NCBI GenBank assembly: GCA_947478395.1
Contig: CANJVR010000001.1
Span: 416,001-480,000, forward strand
Direction of reading: 5' to 3'
DNA length: 64,000 bases
Origin: Opitutia bacterium
GTDB lineage: Bacteria; Verrucomicrobiota; Verrucomicrobiia; Opitutales; Opitutaceae
Part shown: one piece after another, positions 28,606 through 42,661 of the stretch
How positions within the stretch are numbered: the stretch's first letter is position 1
Layout: every line of letters begins with the position of its first letter
Position numbers and translations under genes: made by a program
Notes under the pieces: generated by a model
What the model was told of the DNA's origin: nothing
Seen by the model: only the letters and a program-made list of their open reading frames with translations
Databases searched by the model: none

Positions 28606-30246
28606 ATGCTTCGACGTTCCCCCCTCGTTCTCGCCACCCTGGTTGCGGCCCTCGTTTTCGTCTCAGGCTGCGGCAAAAAAGATTCCATCACCGCGGGCGC
28701 CACCGGCGCAAAGAAGTCCAACGATCAGATCCTACGCCTCGGCAACGGCGCCGAGCCGCAGGATCTCGACCCGCAAACGATCACCGGCGTCCCCGAGCAC
28801 AAAGTCATCATGGGACTCTTCGAGGGGCTCGTAACCGAAGATCCCAAGGATCTGCACCCCGTGGCAGGCCTCGCCGATCGCTGGGAGATTTCCCCCGACG
28901 GTCTGGTCTACACGTTTCACCTGCGAGCCGACGCCAAATGGTCCGACGGCACGCCGATCACCGCGGAGCAATACGTCGAATCCTATCAACGCATGCTCAC
29001 GCCAGCGCTGGCCGCCGAGTATTCGTATCTTCTCTGGTTCGCCGTCGGGGCGGAAGATTACACCAAGGGAAAACTTACTGATTTTTCGAAGACCGGTTTC
29101 AAGGCCCTCGATTCCCGCACGCTTCAGATCACGCTCAACTCGGCCACGCCCTACCTGCTGAAAATCATCGCGAGCCACTACGCATGGAGCGTGGTGCCGG
29201 TGCACGTGATCAAAAAATTCGGCAAGCTCGAGGAGAAGCACACGGCCTGGACCCGCGCCGGGAATCTCGTCAGCAACGCCGCGTTCATGCTGAAGGAATG
29301 GCTGCCCAACCAACGCATCACGCTCGTGCCGAATCCCCATTACTGGGACGCCGCCACCGTGAAACTGAAAGCCATCGAGTTCTATCCCACCGAGGACATC
29401 GCGAGCGAAGAACGCATGTTTCGCACGGGTCAACTCGACAAGACGAACGAATTGCCCAACGCCAAAATCGACTCCTATCGCAAGGAGCACCCCGAACTCC
29501 TGCACATCGAGCCCTATCTCGGTCTCTATTTTTACCGCTGCAACGTCACGCGCGCACCCCTCACGGACAAACGCGTGCGTCAGGCCCTTGCGCTCGCGAT
29601 TGATCGCGAGAGCTTGATCAAGAACGTGACCCGCGGCGGTCAGTCTCCGGCCTACGCCGTGAGTTATCCGGGCACGTCCGGCTACATGCCTCGGGCCAAA
29701 CTCGAAGGTCGCATCGCCGAAGCGAAGAAGCTGCTCGCTGAGGCGGGTTATCCTGACGGGAAGGGCTGCCCGCCGATCGAGCTTCTCTACAACACGTCCG
29801 AAAATCACCGCGCCATCGCGGAAGCCATCCAGCAGATGTGGCGCAAAAATCTCGGCGTAGAAATCACGCTCCGCAACGAAGAGTGGAAAGTTTACCTCAC
29901 CACTCAGCACATCACCCACGACTTCACGCTCGAACGCGGCGGCTGGATCGCCGACTACGTCGACCCGCACTCCTTTCTCGAAATGTGGGTCACCAACGGC
30001 GGCAACAACGACACGCTCTGGTCCAACGCCGAATACGACCGACTCTTCCAAGCCGCCCTCTCCGCAAAAAACGATTCCGATCGTTACGAGATCTACCAGA
30101 AGATGGACGCCATCCTCGTCGACGAATGCCCGGTGTTGCCGATCTACTACTACACCCGCGTCTACGCGATGAACCCGCGCGTCAAAGGTTACTATCCCAC
30201 GCTCCTCGACAACCATCCTTACAAGTACATCTGGCTCGAGGATTGA
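28606..30246 (+). CDS. oppA: Oligopeptide ABC transporter substrate-binding lipoprotein (OppA-like, copy 3; the most canonical)
   Basis: Lipobox FVSGC, GNGAEPQDLDP, LFEGLV, LLYNTSENHRAIAEAIQQMW, GWIADY.DP. Confidence 0.9.
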   Translation: MLRRSPLVLATLVAALVFVSGCGKKDSITAGATGAKKSNDQILRLGNGAEPQDLDPQTITGVPEHKVIMGLFEGLVTEDPKDLHPVAGLADRWEISPDGLVYTFHLRADAKWSDGTPITAEQYVESYQRMLTPALAAEYSYLLWFAVGAEDYTKGKLTDFSKTGFKALDSRTLQITLNSATPYLLKIIASHYAWSVVPVHVIKKFGKLEEKHTAWTRAGNLVSNAAFMLKEWLPNQRITLVPNPHYWDAATVKLKAIEFYPTEDIASEERMFRTGQLDKTNELPNAKIDSYRKEHPELLHIEPYLGLYFYRCNVTRAPLTDKRVRQALALAIDRESLIKNVTRGGQSPAYAVSYPGTSGYMPRAKLEGRIAEAKKLLAEAGYPDGKGCPPIELLYNTSENHRAIAEAIQQMWRKNLGVEITLRNEEWKVYLTTQHITHDFTLERGGWIADYVDPHSFLEMWVTNGGNNDTLWSNAEYDRLFQAALSAKNDSDRYEIYQKMDAILVDECPVLPIYYYTRVYAMNPRVKGYYPTLLDNHPYKYIWLED

Positions 30247-30281
30247 GGCGGAATCGGTCCCCAAAACCACCGCGTATAAAT

Positions 30282-30361
30282 GTGGGTGGGGTGCCCTAAC
30301 CCCGCGTTTGGCCTTCCCTTTGGATCATGTCGCTCACGGGGTGAGGGCCACCCCGGCCTCC
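30282..30361. repeat. REP-like inverted repeat
   Basis: GGGGTGCCCTAACCCCGCG pairs with CACGGGGTGAGGGCCACCCC. Confidence 0.55.
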
Positions 30362-30481
30362 AAAAACGAAAGCCGACCGAGCCGCAGCATCAAAGGCACG
30401 GTCGAGCTCGGTCAGTCAGTCGCGATTCTAGGCAACGCCTGAGCTCGACTCTGGCGTCCAACGTGCTGGGGTCGGAGTCGC

Positions 30482-32116
30482 GTGTTTGCTTCCTTTGCCC
30501 CCAAAACGACTGCGCTGTTCGCTCTCGTCGTCGCCCTCGCGTTCTCCGCGTGCAGCAAGCGCGAGACGGCTGTCGAAGCCGCGGTCCGCACGCAAACGCT
30601 GCACGTCGGCAACGCGGCCGAACCACCCGACCTCGATCCCCACACCAACAACAGCGCGAACGTCGCGATCATCGACAGCAGCTTGTTCGAGGGGCTCGTC
30701 AGTCTCGCCAACGACGGCACCACCATTCTGCCGGGCGTCGCCGAGCGCTGGGAAATTTCTCCCGACGGCCTCGTCTATACCTTTCATCTGCGCGCCGACG
30801 CCGTCTGGTCAAACGGTGACCCGCTCACATCGGCCGATTTTCTCGCCGGATTTCACCGGTTTCTTGAGCCCGCACTGGGCTGCGAAGGAGTTAACATTAT
30901 TTTTCCCGTCGTCGGCGCGCGCGATTTTGTCGAGGGCCGCAGCAAGGATTTCTCCACGGTTGGGATCCGCACACCCGACCCGCTTACCGTGGAGCTGAGA
31001 CTACGTTTTCGCGCCCCCTATTTTCTGAGCATCGTGGCCGACCCCCATTTCGTGCCGCTCCACCAACCGAGCCTGGACAAATTCAACGGTCGCACGCAGC
31101 GGGGCGGAAAATGGACGCAGCCGGGCAATCTCGTCAGCAACGGTCCGTTCACCCTCAAATCCTGGCGACCCAACGAAGTCCTCGTGGTCGTGAAAAATCC
31201 GCGCTACTGGGATGCGGCCCATGTCCGTTTAAACGAAGTTCGTTTTTATCCGATCGAGGATTCCGCCGCCGAAGAACGGTCTTTCCGGACCGGACAACTC
31301 CACGTCACGAACGGACTGCCCTACGGCAAACTCGATTCCTATCGGCAACGCCGCGCGCCCGAGCTGCATCTGACGCCGGTCCTGGGAACCAACTACGTGA
31401 CCTTCAGCACCGGACGGCCGCCCTTCGCCGACGTCCGGGTCCGTCGCGCATTTTCCCTCGCGATCGATCGCGACCAACTCGCCGCTACGATCCTCAAAGA
31501 CCGAGCCAACGCCGCGCACGCGTTCGTGCGCCCCGGCGTCGGTGGCTACCAACTCGGCGAGTTCTCCCATCACGATGCAGCGGAGGCCAAAAAACTTCTC
31601 CGTGAGGCCGGCTTTCCCGACGGCGCCGGTTTTCCCGCGGTGGAATTCATGCTCTCCAGTCGCGATGAAAACGTAATCACGCTCGGTCAGGCTCTGCAGC
31701 AAATGTGGTCGCAGACGCTGGGCGTCAAAGTGGAGCTCCGTCCCACGGAGACAAAAGTCTGGCTCGACGCCCTGCGCACCAAGTCGTTCGCATTCACGAC
31801 CGACAACTGGAACATGGGGTTCAACGACCCTTCGGACATGCTCGCCCTCGCGGTCACCGCCGATCCCAACAACGACGCCGGCTGGAGCAACGCGCGCTAC
31901 GACGTGGCGTTCGCAAAAGTGAACACCGCTGCCACGGAAGCAGAGCGTCGCGCGGCGATGGTCGAGTGCGAGCAGCTCATCGCCGCAGAAGTCCCCTACG
32001 CCCCTGTATATCACACGAACAAGGCGCAGCTCGTACACGCCTCGGTGCACGGCTGGCGGGACAACGCCCTTGGGGCGATCGACTGGCGCGAACTGTGGCT
32101 CGAAGCGCCGCCATGA
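30482..32116 (+). CDS. Peptide ABC transporter substrate-binding lipoprotein (OppA-like, copy 4)
   Basis: Lipobox FSAC, GNAAEPPDLDP, LFEGLV, AERWEISPDGLVYTFHLR. Confidence 0.9.
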   Translation: MFASFAPKTTALFALVVALAFSACSKRETAVEAAVRTQTLHVGNAAEPPDLDPHTNNSANVAIIDSSLFEGLVSLANDGTTILPGVAERWEISPDGLVYTFHLRADAVWSNGDPLTSADFLAGFHRFLEPALGCEGVNIIFPVVGARDFVEGRSKDFSTVGIRTPDPLTVELRLRFRAPYFLSIVADPHFVPLHQPSLDKFNGRTQRGGKWTQPGNLVSNGPFTLKSWRPNEVLVVVKNPRYWDAAHVRLNEVRFYPIEDSAAEERSFRTGQLHVTNGLPYGKLDSYRQRRAPELHLTPVLGTNYVTFSTGRPPFADVRVRRAFSLAIDRDQLAATILKDRANAAHAFVRPGVGGYQLGEFSHHDAAEAKKLLREAGFPDGAGFPAVEFMLSSRDENVITLGQALQQMWSQTLGVKVELRPTETKVWLDALRTKSFAFTTDNWNMGFNDPSDMLALAVTADPNNDAGWSNARYDVAFAKVNTAATEAERRAAMVECEQLIAAEVPYAPVYHTNKAQLVHASVHGWRDNALGAIDWRELWLEAPP

Positions 32117-32169
32117 TTCGTCGAAACTTTCATTCGCCAATCGGCGTTCGCCGTTTCTAATTTCCGCCG

Positions 32170-33090
32170 ATGCTCCGCTTCGTCGCCAACCGCCTGCTTT
32201 TCCAGACCGTGCCGGCGTTGCTGATTATTATTACCGCCACGTTCTTTATGATCCGCTTCGTGCCCGGCGGACCCTTCACGGCAGAGAAAGCCGTCACGCC
32301 GGAAATCCTCCGCAATCTCGAAGCGCACTACGGTTTAAACAAACCGCTTTACCGGCAGTATTTCGACTACCTCGGCCGGCTGCTGCACGGCGATCTTGGC
32401 CCTTCGTTCAAGTATCCCAACCGCACCGTCAACGAGATCCTCAGCAACAAACTGCCGACCTCGCTCGAACTCGGCCTGCTCTCCCTCACGGTCGCGCTCA
32501 CGATCGGCATCCCTCTCGGCACCCTCGCGGCAGTGAAACGGAATAGTTGGATGGACTACCTGTGTTCGTCGTTCGCCATGCTCGGGATTTGTGTCCCCAC
32601 GTTTGTCCTCGGGCCGCTGCTCGTGCTGACGTTTGCGATCCATTTCCAATGGCTCAACGCCTCCGGCTGGTACGGCCCGGCCGACCGCATTCTGCCCTGT
32701 CTTGTCCTCGGTTGCGTGTACGCCGCGTATATCGCGCGCCTGACCCGCGGCGGCATGCTCGAAGTTCTGAACCAAGATTACATCCGCACCGCGCGCGCCA
32801 AGGGCGCCAGCGAAACGCGGGTGGTGTTCAAGCACGCGCTCCGCGGCGGGCTGCTTCCCGTCGTGTCGTTCCTCGGCCCAGCCATCGCCGGGATTCTGAC
32901 TGGGTCGTTTGTGATCGAAACGATTTTTCAAATCCCGGGCCTCGGACGCGAATTCGTGAACAGCGCCTTCAACCGCGACTACACCCTCGTGCTGGGGACG
33001 GTGATCCTTTACGCGACGCTGCTGATCCTACTCAACCTCGCCACTGACGTCGTCCAAGTCTGGCTCAACCCGAAGCTAAAATTCGAATGA
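32170..33090 (+). CDS. oppB: Oligopeptide ABC transporter permease
   Basis: PGGPF..E, YGLNKPL..QY, GDLGPSFKY, ARLTRGGMLEVL..DYIRTARAKG. Confidence 0.93.
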   Translation: MLRFVANRLLFQTVPALLIIITATFFMIRFVPGGPFTAEKAVTPEILRNLEAHYGLNKPLYRQYFDYLGRLLHGDLGPSFKYPNRTVNEILSNKLPTSLELGLLSLTVALTIGIPLGTLAAVKRNSWMDYLCSSFAMLGICVPTFVLGPLLVLTFAIHFQWLNASGWYGPADRILPCLVLGCVYAAYIARLTRGGMLEVLNQDYIRTARAKGASETRVVFKHALRGGLLPVVSFLGPAIAGILTGSFVIETIFQIPGLGREFVNSAFNRDYTLVLGTVILYATLLILLNLATDVVQVWLNPKLKFE

Positions 33091-33269
33091 GCCGGCCCAT
33101 CTTATTCAACCGCGAATCAGCCCTGAGCAACGCGCAAGACGGCCGAATTCCGGCGAGCGATTCGCGGGCCCATTCCGGGCTTCACGACGTTTCGCGTTCG
33201 TTCGCGGCTGCCCCGTTCGGCACTCTCCCGCCATCCGCGCGCTCCGCGTAATCCGCGGTTAAAATTTCG

Positions 33270-34175
33270 ATGGTCTCTCTAAGTCCCACCAATCTGCCCT
33301 CGCCGGCCATCACTCCCGAGCAAATCGAAACCGGTTCGTCGCTCTGGCGCGACGCTTGGTCGCGGCTGCGCAAAAACAAACTCGCGGTGTGCGGCGGGGC
33401 CATGTTGCTGACGCTGTCTTTGCTCTGCATATTTGGGCCGATCTTTTCGCAGTCGTATCAGGAACAAAATCTCGATCTCGGCGCCACCGCGCCCAGCGCC
33501 GCGCACTGGCTCGGCACCGACACGCTGGGCCGCGATCTTTTCGCCCGGATTCTCTACGGTGGCCGCATCTCGATCATGGTCGGCCTCGTCGCGACGTTCG
33601 TCGCTCTCGCGATCGGAGTCAGCTACGGCGCGGTGGCCGGTTTCTTTGGCGGCAAACTCGATGCCGTCATGATGCGCATCGTCGACATCATGTACGCCCT
33701 GCCCTTCACGATTTTCGTGATTCTGCTGATGGTGTTCTTCGGACGAAACATCTTCCTGCTCTTCTTCGCCATCGGCGCCGTCGAATGGCTCACGATGGCC
33801 CGCATCGTTCGCGGCCAGATCATGTCGATCAAGAAAATGGAATACATCGAGGCCGCCCGCGCGCTTGGTCTCGGCCGGCGTCGCATCATTTTCCGGCACA
33901 TGATCCCGAACGTTCTCGGGCCGATCATCGTGTACACGACGCTCACAATCCCGGCCGTCATGTTGCTCGAGGCGTTTCTCAGTTTCCTCGGCCTAGGCGT
34001 ACAGCCGCCGATGAGTTCCTGGGGCGTGCTCATCAAAGACGGAGCGGAAAAAATGGAGGAATTCTGGTGGCTGCTCGTTTTCCCCGGCGGGGTATTTTCC
34101 CTGACGCTTTTCTCGCTCAACTTCCTTGGTGACGGCCTGCGCGACGCCCTCGACGTGCGGTCCTCCAAGGATTGA
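33270..34175 (+). CDS. oppC: Oligopeptide ABC transporter permease
   Basis: SLWRDAW.RL.KNKLA, HWLGTD.LGRD, ARIVRGQ, EAFLSFLGLGVQPP, NFLGDGLRDALD. Confidence 0.93.
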   Translation: MVSLSPTNLPSPAITPEQIETGSSLWRDAWSRLRKNKLAVCGGAMLLTLSLLCIFGPIFSQSYQEQNLDLGATAPSAAHWLGTDTLGRDLFARILYGGRISIMVGLVATFVALAIGVSYGAVAGFFGGKLDAVMMRIVDIMYALPFTIFVILLMVFFGRNIFLLFFAIGAVEWLTMARIVRGQIMSIKKMEYIEAARALGLGRRRIIFRHMIPNVLGPIIVYTTLTIPAVMLLEAFLSFLGLGVQPPMSSWGVLIKDGAEKMEEFWWLLVFPGGVFSLTLFSLNFLGDGLRDALDVRSSKD

Positions 34176-34217
34176 GGTGGAACGAGCGCCTCACTTCGCC
34201 TTCTTTTGCCGCCCGCC

Positions 34218-35960
34218 ATGCGTCGTTTCCGTCCGTATTTTAGCTACCTTCGCCCGCAGCGCGGATTGCTGATCTTGGCCATCGTGTGCGGTGTCGTCGC
34301 CGGTATCGCCTCCGGCGCGGGCCTGCCGCTGATGGTGAAAAAGGTTTTCCCGGTCATCTTCGCGAAGAACGCCGTACCGCTCACCTCGTGGGAGCTCGCG
34401 ATGGTCGTGCTGTGGATTCCCATTGTTTTCGTGATTCGAGGCGCCGCCGGCTACCTCAACTCCTATTTCATCCAGCTCGTCGGCACACGCGTGCTCGAGG
34501 CGGTGCGCCTGGATTTTTTCCGCAAGTTACAGGTGCTGCCGCTATCTTTTTTCCAAAAAAACTCCACCGGCGACTTGCTCTCCCGCGGCCTCGCTGATGC
34601 CAACCAGCTCCAGTTTACCCTGACGAACGTCGCGAACGAGCTGATCAAGAGCCCGGTCACGCTGCTGAGCGCGGTCATCGTGATTGCAAACCTGGCCTAC
34701 CACGAAAATGGCGTGCCCCTTGTGCTCGTCTCGCTCGCCGTCGTGCCGCTTTCCGTGCTGCCCATCCGCTACGTAGGGAAAAAACTCATCAAGCGCGCCG
34801 GCAAGATTCAGGCCGAACTCGGCGCCGTCACGAATATCTTCAGCGAAAATCTCAGCGCCACGAGGGAAGTCCGCGCGTTCGGCCTCGAGTCCCGCGAAGT
34901 CGCGCGCTTCACCGCGGTCTCGCAGATCCTGATCCGCGCGCAGATGAAGTTCACGAAATACGAGAAGGCGCTCACCCCGCTGATCGAGATCGTGTCGGCC
35001 GTCGGTATTTCCATCACCCTGCTCTACGCCTACCAGATCCACCTCGACCAGGACACGTTCACCACGTTGATCATGGCCATCTACGCCAGCTACGAGCCGA
35101 TCAAGAAACTCGGTGGTCTGAACAACGACATGAAGCGCGGCCTCGGCTCGCTCGACCGGCTGGAAGCGGTGCTGCACGCGCCCGAAACCATCACCGACGC
35201 GCCCAACGCCATCGCGTACCCTCGCGCCATCGGCGAACTCACCTTCGAGACGGTCAGCTTCGCCTACATGTCCGACGAGCCCGTGCTGCAAAATGTCACC
35301 GTGCGCATTCCCGCCGGTACCGTCTGCGCGCTGGTGGGCCCCAGCGGCGCAGGCAAATCCACGTTCGCGAATCTCGTCCCGCGTTTCTTTGACCCCGTCG
35401 CCGGCCGCGTGACGCTCGATGGCCACGATTTGCGTGCGCTCAAACTCGCCGACCTGCGCCGTAACATCGCCGTCGTCTCGCAGGACCCGGTGCTTTTCAA
35501 CGACACGATTTTCAACAACCTCCTCATCGCCCGGCCCGAGGCAACCGCGGCCGACGTCGAGGCCGCCGCCCATGCCGCCTACGCCCATGATTTCATCCGC
35601 GGCTTCCCGGAGGGCTACGCCACGATTGTGGGCGAACGCGGCGCGCGGCTTTCCGGCGGACAGAAGCAACGCCTCGCCCTCGCCCGCGCGTTTCTGCGCA
35701 ATGCACCCCTCCTCATTCTCGATGAAGCCACCAGCGCGCTCGACAGCGAGAGCGAGGCCGCCATTCAGCTCGCGTTGAAAAAGTTGGTCGTGGACAAAAC
35801 GGTCCTGATCATCGCGCACCGTTTCAGCACGATTCGCGACGCCACCAAAATCCTCGTCTTCGACCGCGGCGAGATCGTCGCCACAGGCAGTCACGCCGAA
35901 TTGCACGCCGGCAATCCGCTCTATCGCTCGCTCTACGACCGGCAGCGCACGGAAACCTGA
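34218..35960 (+). CDS. ABC exporter, fused TMD-NBD (MsbA-like)
   Basis: N-terminal TMD; GPSGAGKST, LVPRFFD, LSGGQKQRLALARA, LDEATSALD.ESE, IAHR. Confidence 0.9.
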   Translation: MRRFRPYFSYLRPQRGLLILAIVCGVVAGIASGAGLPLMVKKVFPVIFAKNAVPLTSWELAMVVLWIPIVFVIRGAAGYLNSYFIQLVGTRVLEAVRLDFFRKLQVLPLSFFQKNSTGDLLSRGLADANQLQFTLTNVANELIKSPVTLLSAVIVIANLAYHENGVPLVLVSLAVVPLSVLPIRYVGKKLIKRAGKIQAELGAVTNIFSENLSATREVRAFGLESREVARFTAVSQILIRAQMKFTKYEKALTPLIEIVSAVGISITLLYAYQIHLDQDTFTTLIMAIYASYEPIKKLGGLNNDMKRGLGSLDRLEAVLHAPETITDAPNAIAYPRAIGELTFETVSFAYMSDEPVLQNVTVRIPAGTVCALVGPSGAGKSTFANLVPRFFDPVAGRVTLDGHDLRALKLADLRRNIAVVSQDPVLFNDTIFNNLLIARPEATAADVEAAAHAAYAHDFIRGFPEGYATIVGERGARLSGGQKQRLALARAFLRNAPLLILDEATSALDSESEAAIQLALKKLVVDKTVLIIAHRFSTIRDATKILVFDRGEIVATGSHAELHAGNPLYRSLYDRQRTET

Positions 35961-36045
35961 CGCCGCGGCAACGCGGGGCCACTCGATTCATTCGGCCGAC
36001 GTTCGCTCCGTCGCGGTGACCTTGGCGGGCGATTCGAGCTACCGA

Positions 36046-39942
<3,897 letters not shown>

Positions 39943-39985
39943 GGTCGGCACGTTAGAAACCAAACCCCGATTGGCAAGGGAACAT

Positions 39986-40009
39986 ATCGACGCATTGAGA
40001 TGCGTTGAT
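39986..40009. promoter_or_regulatory. Palindromic operator candidate upstream of metH
   Basis: ATCGACGCAT-TGAG-ATGCGTTGAT; arms match at 9 of 10 positions; about 45 bp upstream of the metH start. Confidence 0.45.
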
Positions 40010-40075
40010 GTGAATTTGCTTGCGAGGTCAAATTAGAGGCAGAACGTGCACGCTTGGTCTGACGTTCTTTTGAAA

Positions 40076-40374
40076 TTTTCGGGGTGCAAGGAAGGCCGTT
40101 AGATCCGGCCACAGTTGCGCTGCGGTATCGCATCACAAACCCAAACCGTGCCGTCCGTCAGTCGGCAGGGGCAAAGCCAATCGGGACTTCGGTCGCGGTG
40201 AAGGCGAAGGGGGAGGATGCGCGCTCGCGGCGCGCAATTTACAAATTCCAGAAATCCAAAGATCCAAAAAAGCGGGACGGCCGCAGTGAATTTTTTGGCG
40301 TTTGGTTCTGGTATCTAAAATTTGCGCGCGGCCAGCGCGCCCATATGCGGAGTCCGAATATTTGCTCCCGAAAA
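40076..40374 (+). ncRNA. Cobalamin riboswitch (variant, with a large internal hairpin insertion)
   Basis: Closing stem TTTTCGGGG(T)GCAA / TTGCTCCCGAAAA; AAGGAA-GGCCG-TTAGATC-CGGCC-ACAG-TTGC-GCTGCGGTA core; GCCAATCG...GGTGAAGGC; GAGTCCGAATATTTGC B12-box-like 3' end; sits upstream of a btuB-like gene. Confidence 0.75.
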
Positions 40375-40519
40375 GCTCACGCGTCCGTCGCGGTTGCGCG
40401 CGATGGTTCGCGAAAACTTCATCGCAAAAGTGAAGCGTGAGAGTGGCCACGGCCGCGCCGGTTCTTGGTAAAACCGGCGGGGTACGACTGCTCTTGCCCA
40501 TTAGGAAAAGCAGACACCC

Positions 40520-42385
40520 ATGACTACCATTAACCCGCCGGCGCGCGTTACGCGCCGGATCGTATCGATCGTGTTCGCGTTCGCCGGCCTTGGCGCCGCG
40601 CACGCTCAAATCACGCCGGCCCAGCTCGAGCCATTTATAACGACGGGCACGAGGACGCCCACGGCCGCGTCCACGCTGGGTACACTCGTCGATCAAATCA
40701 CCGCCGCCGAGCTCGCGCGTCAGCAACGTTCCACTCTGGCCGAGGCCCTCGGCGGTCTCAGCGGAACGCCGTTATTCGCCTCCGGAGCGAACGGCGCTCT
40801 CTCATCGCTTTTTATGCGCGGGGCCAACTCGAACCAGACGCTGTTTCTCGTCGATGGCATCCGGTTGAACGACCCGAACACCGACTATCAGGTTTTTCTC
40901 GGCGGAGCGTGCGTGGGTGCGTGCGACAGCCTGGAAGTGGCGCACGGCCCGCAGAGCACGCTGTACGGCGGAGAGGCGGTAGGCGGAGTGATTTCGTTGC
41001 GAGCGCAACGCGGCGCGGGCGCGGGCCGCGCGAGCGCCGCGATCGAAGCCGGCCGTTTCGGCACGGTGCAAGGTGCGCTTGCGGCTCAGGGCGCGAACGG
41101 CGCAACCAGCTATAATTTCGCGGCGACCGGCGGGCGGACGGAGAACGATCGCGTAAACAACGCGTTCGAGTCTTCGACGACCACGCTCCGGCTCGACCAC
41201 ACGCTCAACGGGCTGACGAGCATAGGCGGCACGGTGCGCTGGTTTCACGGTGCTTACGGCGATCCCGGCGATCGCTACACCAACGATCCCGACAACGAGA
41301 CGCGCGAAGAGAACGTGCTAGCGACCGCATTCGCCGACGTGAAGTTGGCCGACGCCTGGACGGCACACGCCGTGCTCGGCGGGCAGGACCGCCGCTTCGT
41401 GGCTGAGAGCCCGCGCGTGGGACGCGCCACGGCGTTCACCGTGGTGAAAAATCGGCGAGCGGTGCTCGACGCTCAGACGACCTTCGCGGGGTTTGAGCGC
41501 AATCGCATCACGGCCGGCTTTACCGGGGAGACCAATCACACGCGCAACACCGGCTTCGGTGACATCAATAAAAAGCAGGCGCTGTTCGCCGTCTTCGCGC
41601 AGGATGAATTCTCGCCGGCCGAAGATGTATTTCTCACCGCGGGTTTGCGCAGCGACGATTTCGACACGTTCGGTCGCGCCACGACCGGACGGGCGACCGC
41701 GGCGTGGCTGGTGGCACAGCGTTCACTTAAATTCCGCGCGAGCTATGGTACGGCGTTCCGTTCGCCGAGCTTTCTCGATCTTTATGGCAAGAGCGCGTTC
41801 TATGTCGGCAACCCCAATCTCAATCCCGAAAAGGCGCGGGGCTGGGATGCGGGCGTTGATTATTATCTACCAGCGAAACGCGGCACGCTGAGCGCAACGT
41901 GGTTTCAAACGGATTACACAAACCTGATCGTCTTCGACTTTAATCGCAGTCCGAGCACGGTCGTCAACATCGAGAGCGCGCGCACGCACGGCCTCGAGCT
42001 CTCGGCGAAAACCACGCTACCCGGCGCGATTGAAACGCGGCTGAGTTACACGTTCCTCGAGGCGGATAATCTTTCCCAAAACAAACGTCTCCTGCGCCGC
42101 CCGCGCCACAGCGGCAGCGTCGATGCGTGGCATGATTTCGGCAACGTGAGCGTAGGTGCGGGCATGAACTTTGCCGCGCAACGCGAAGACGTTGATGCGA
42201 AATCGTTTCGCACGATCGACCAGGAAGATTACACCGTGGCACGCGTTTACACCGCATGGCGCGTAACCGCCCGACTCGCGTTGAAAGCCCGGGTCGAAAA
42301 TCTGTTAAACGAACGCTACGAACCGGTGAACGGCTATCCTGGGCTGGGCTGCGGCGCCTTTGCGGGCGCGGAGTGGAAATTCTAG
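40520..42385 (+). CDS. btuB: TonB-dependent receptor, probable vitamin B12 transporter
   Basis: TonB-box-like 'ITTGTRTP', plug 'SLFMRGANSNQTLFLVDGIRLN', 'GPQSTLYGGEAVGGVI', ASYGTAFRSPS, C-terminal Phe; riboswitch upstream. Confidence 0.82.
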   Translation: MTTINPPARVTRRIVSIVFAFAGLGAAHAQITPAQLEPFITTGTRTPTAASTLGTLVDQITAAELARQQRSTLAEALGGLSGTPLFASGANGALSSLFMRGANSNQTLFLVDGIRLNDPNTDYQVFLGGACVGACDSLEVAHGPQSTLYGGEAVGGVISLRAQRGAGAGRASAAIEAGRFGTVQGALAAQGANGATSYNFAATGGRTENDRVNNAFESSTTTLRLDHTLNGLTSIGGTVRWFHGAYGDPGDRYTNDPDNETREENVLATAFADVKLADAWTAHAVLGGQDRRFVAESPRVGRATAFTVVKNRRAVLDAQTTFAGFERNRITAGFTGETNHTRNTGFGDINKKQALFAVFAQDEFSPAEDVFLTAGLRSDDFDTFGRATTGRATAAWLVAQRSLKFRASYGTAFRSPSFLDLYGKSAFYVGNPNLNPEKARGWDAGVDYYLPAKRGTLSATWFQTDYTNLIVFDFNRSPSTVVNIESARTHGLELSAKTTLPGAIETRLSYTFLEADNLSQNKRLLRRPRHSGSVDAWHDFGNVSVGAGMNFAAQREDVDAKSFRTIDQEDYTVARVYTAWRVTARLALKARVENLLNERYEPVNGYPGLGCGAFAGAEWKF

Positions 42386-42661
42386 GCCCGCTGATCGAGG
42401 CTCGGAAAGTCGGGCCGCGGCCAAGCTCACCACGCACCTCGATAAAGCCACTGCGGTTTTTAAAAATTCCGCGCACGGTCGACCGAAATAACGGATCGGG
42501 CGCAAGCCTCCGAAAATTCCTACAGAATAAAATTCTTCACGCCGTTCGGCGACCGCTTTAGCGTCCCCCCGTTCCCGCCCCGAAACGGAGGCGCGGCCCG
42601 CTCGCACCCGGCGCTGCGCCGCGTCCTTGCCAACCAAAGCGCCCTGCTAAATTTCTTACCC

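Noticed and set aside
28732..30270. Long antisense ORFs (512 aa here; also 18158-19663, 34542-35906, 38896-40008)
   Set aside because: They are shadows of real GC3-rich genes on the opposite strand and carry no recognisable motifs.
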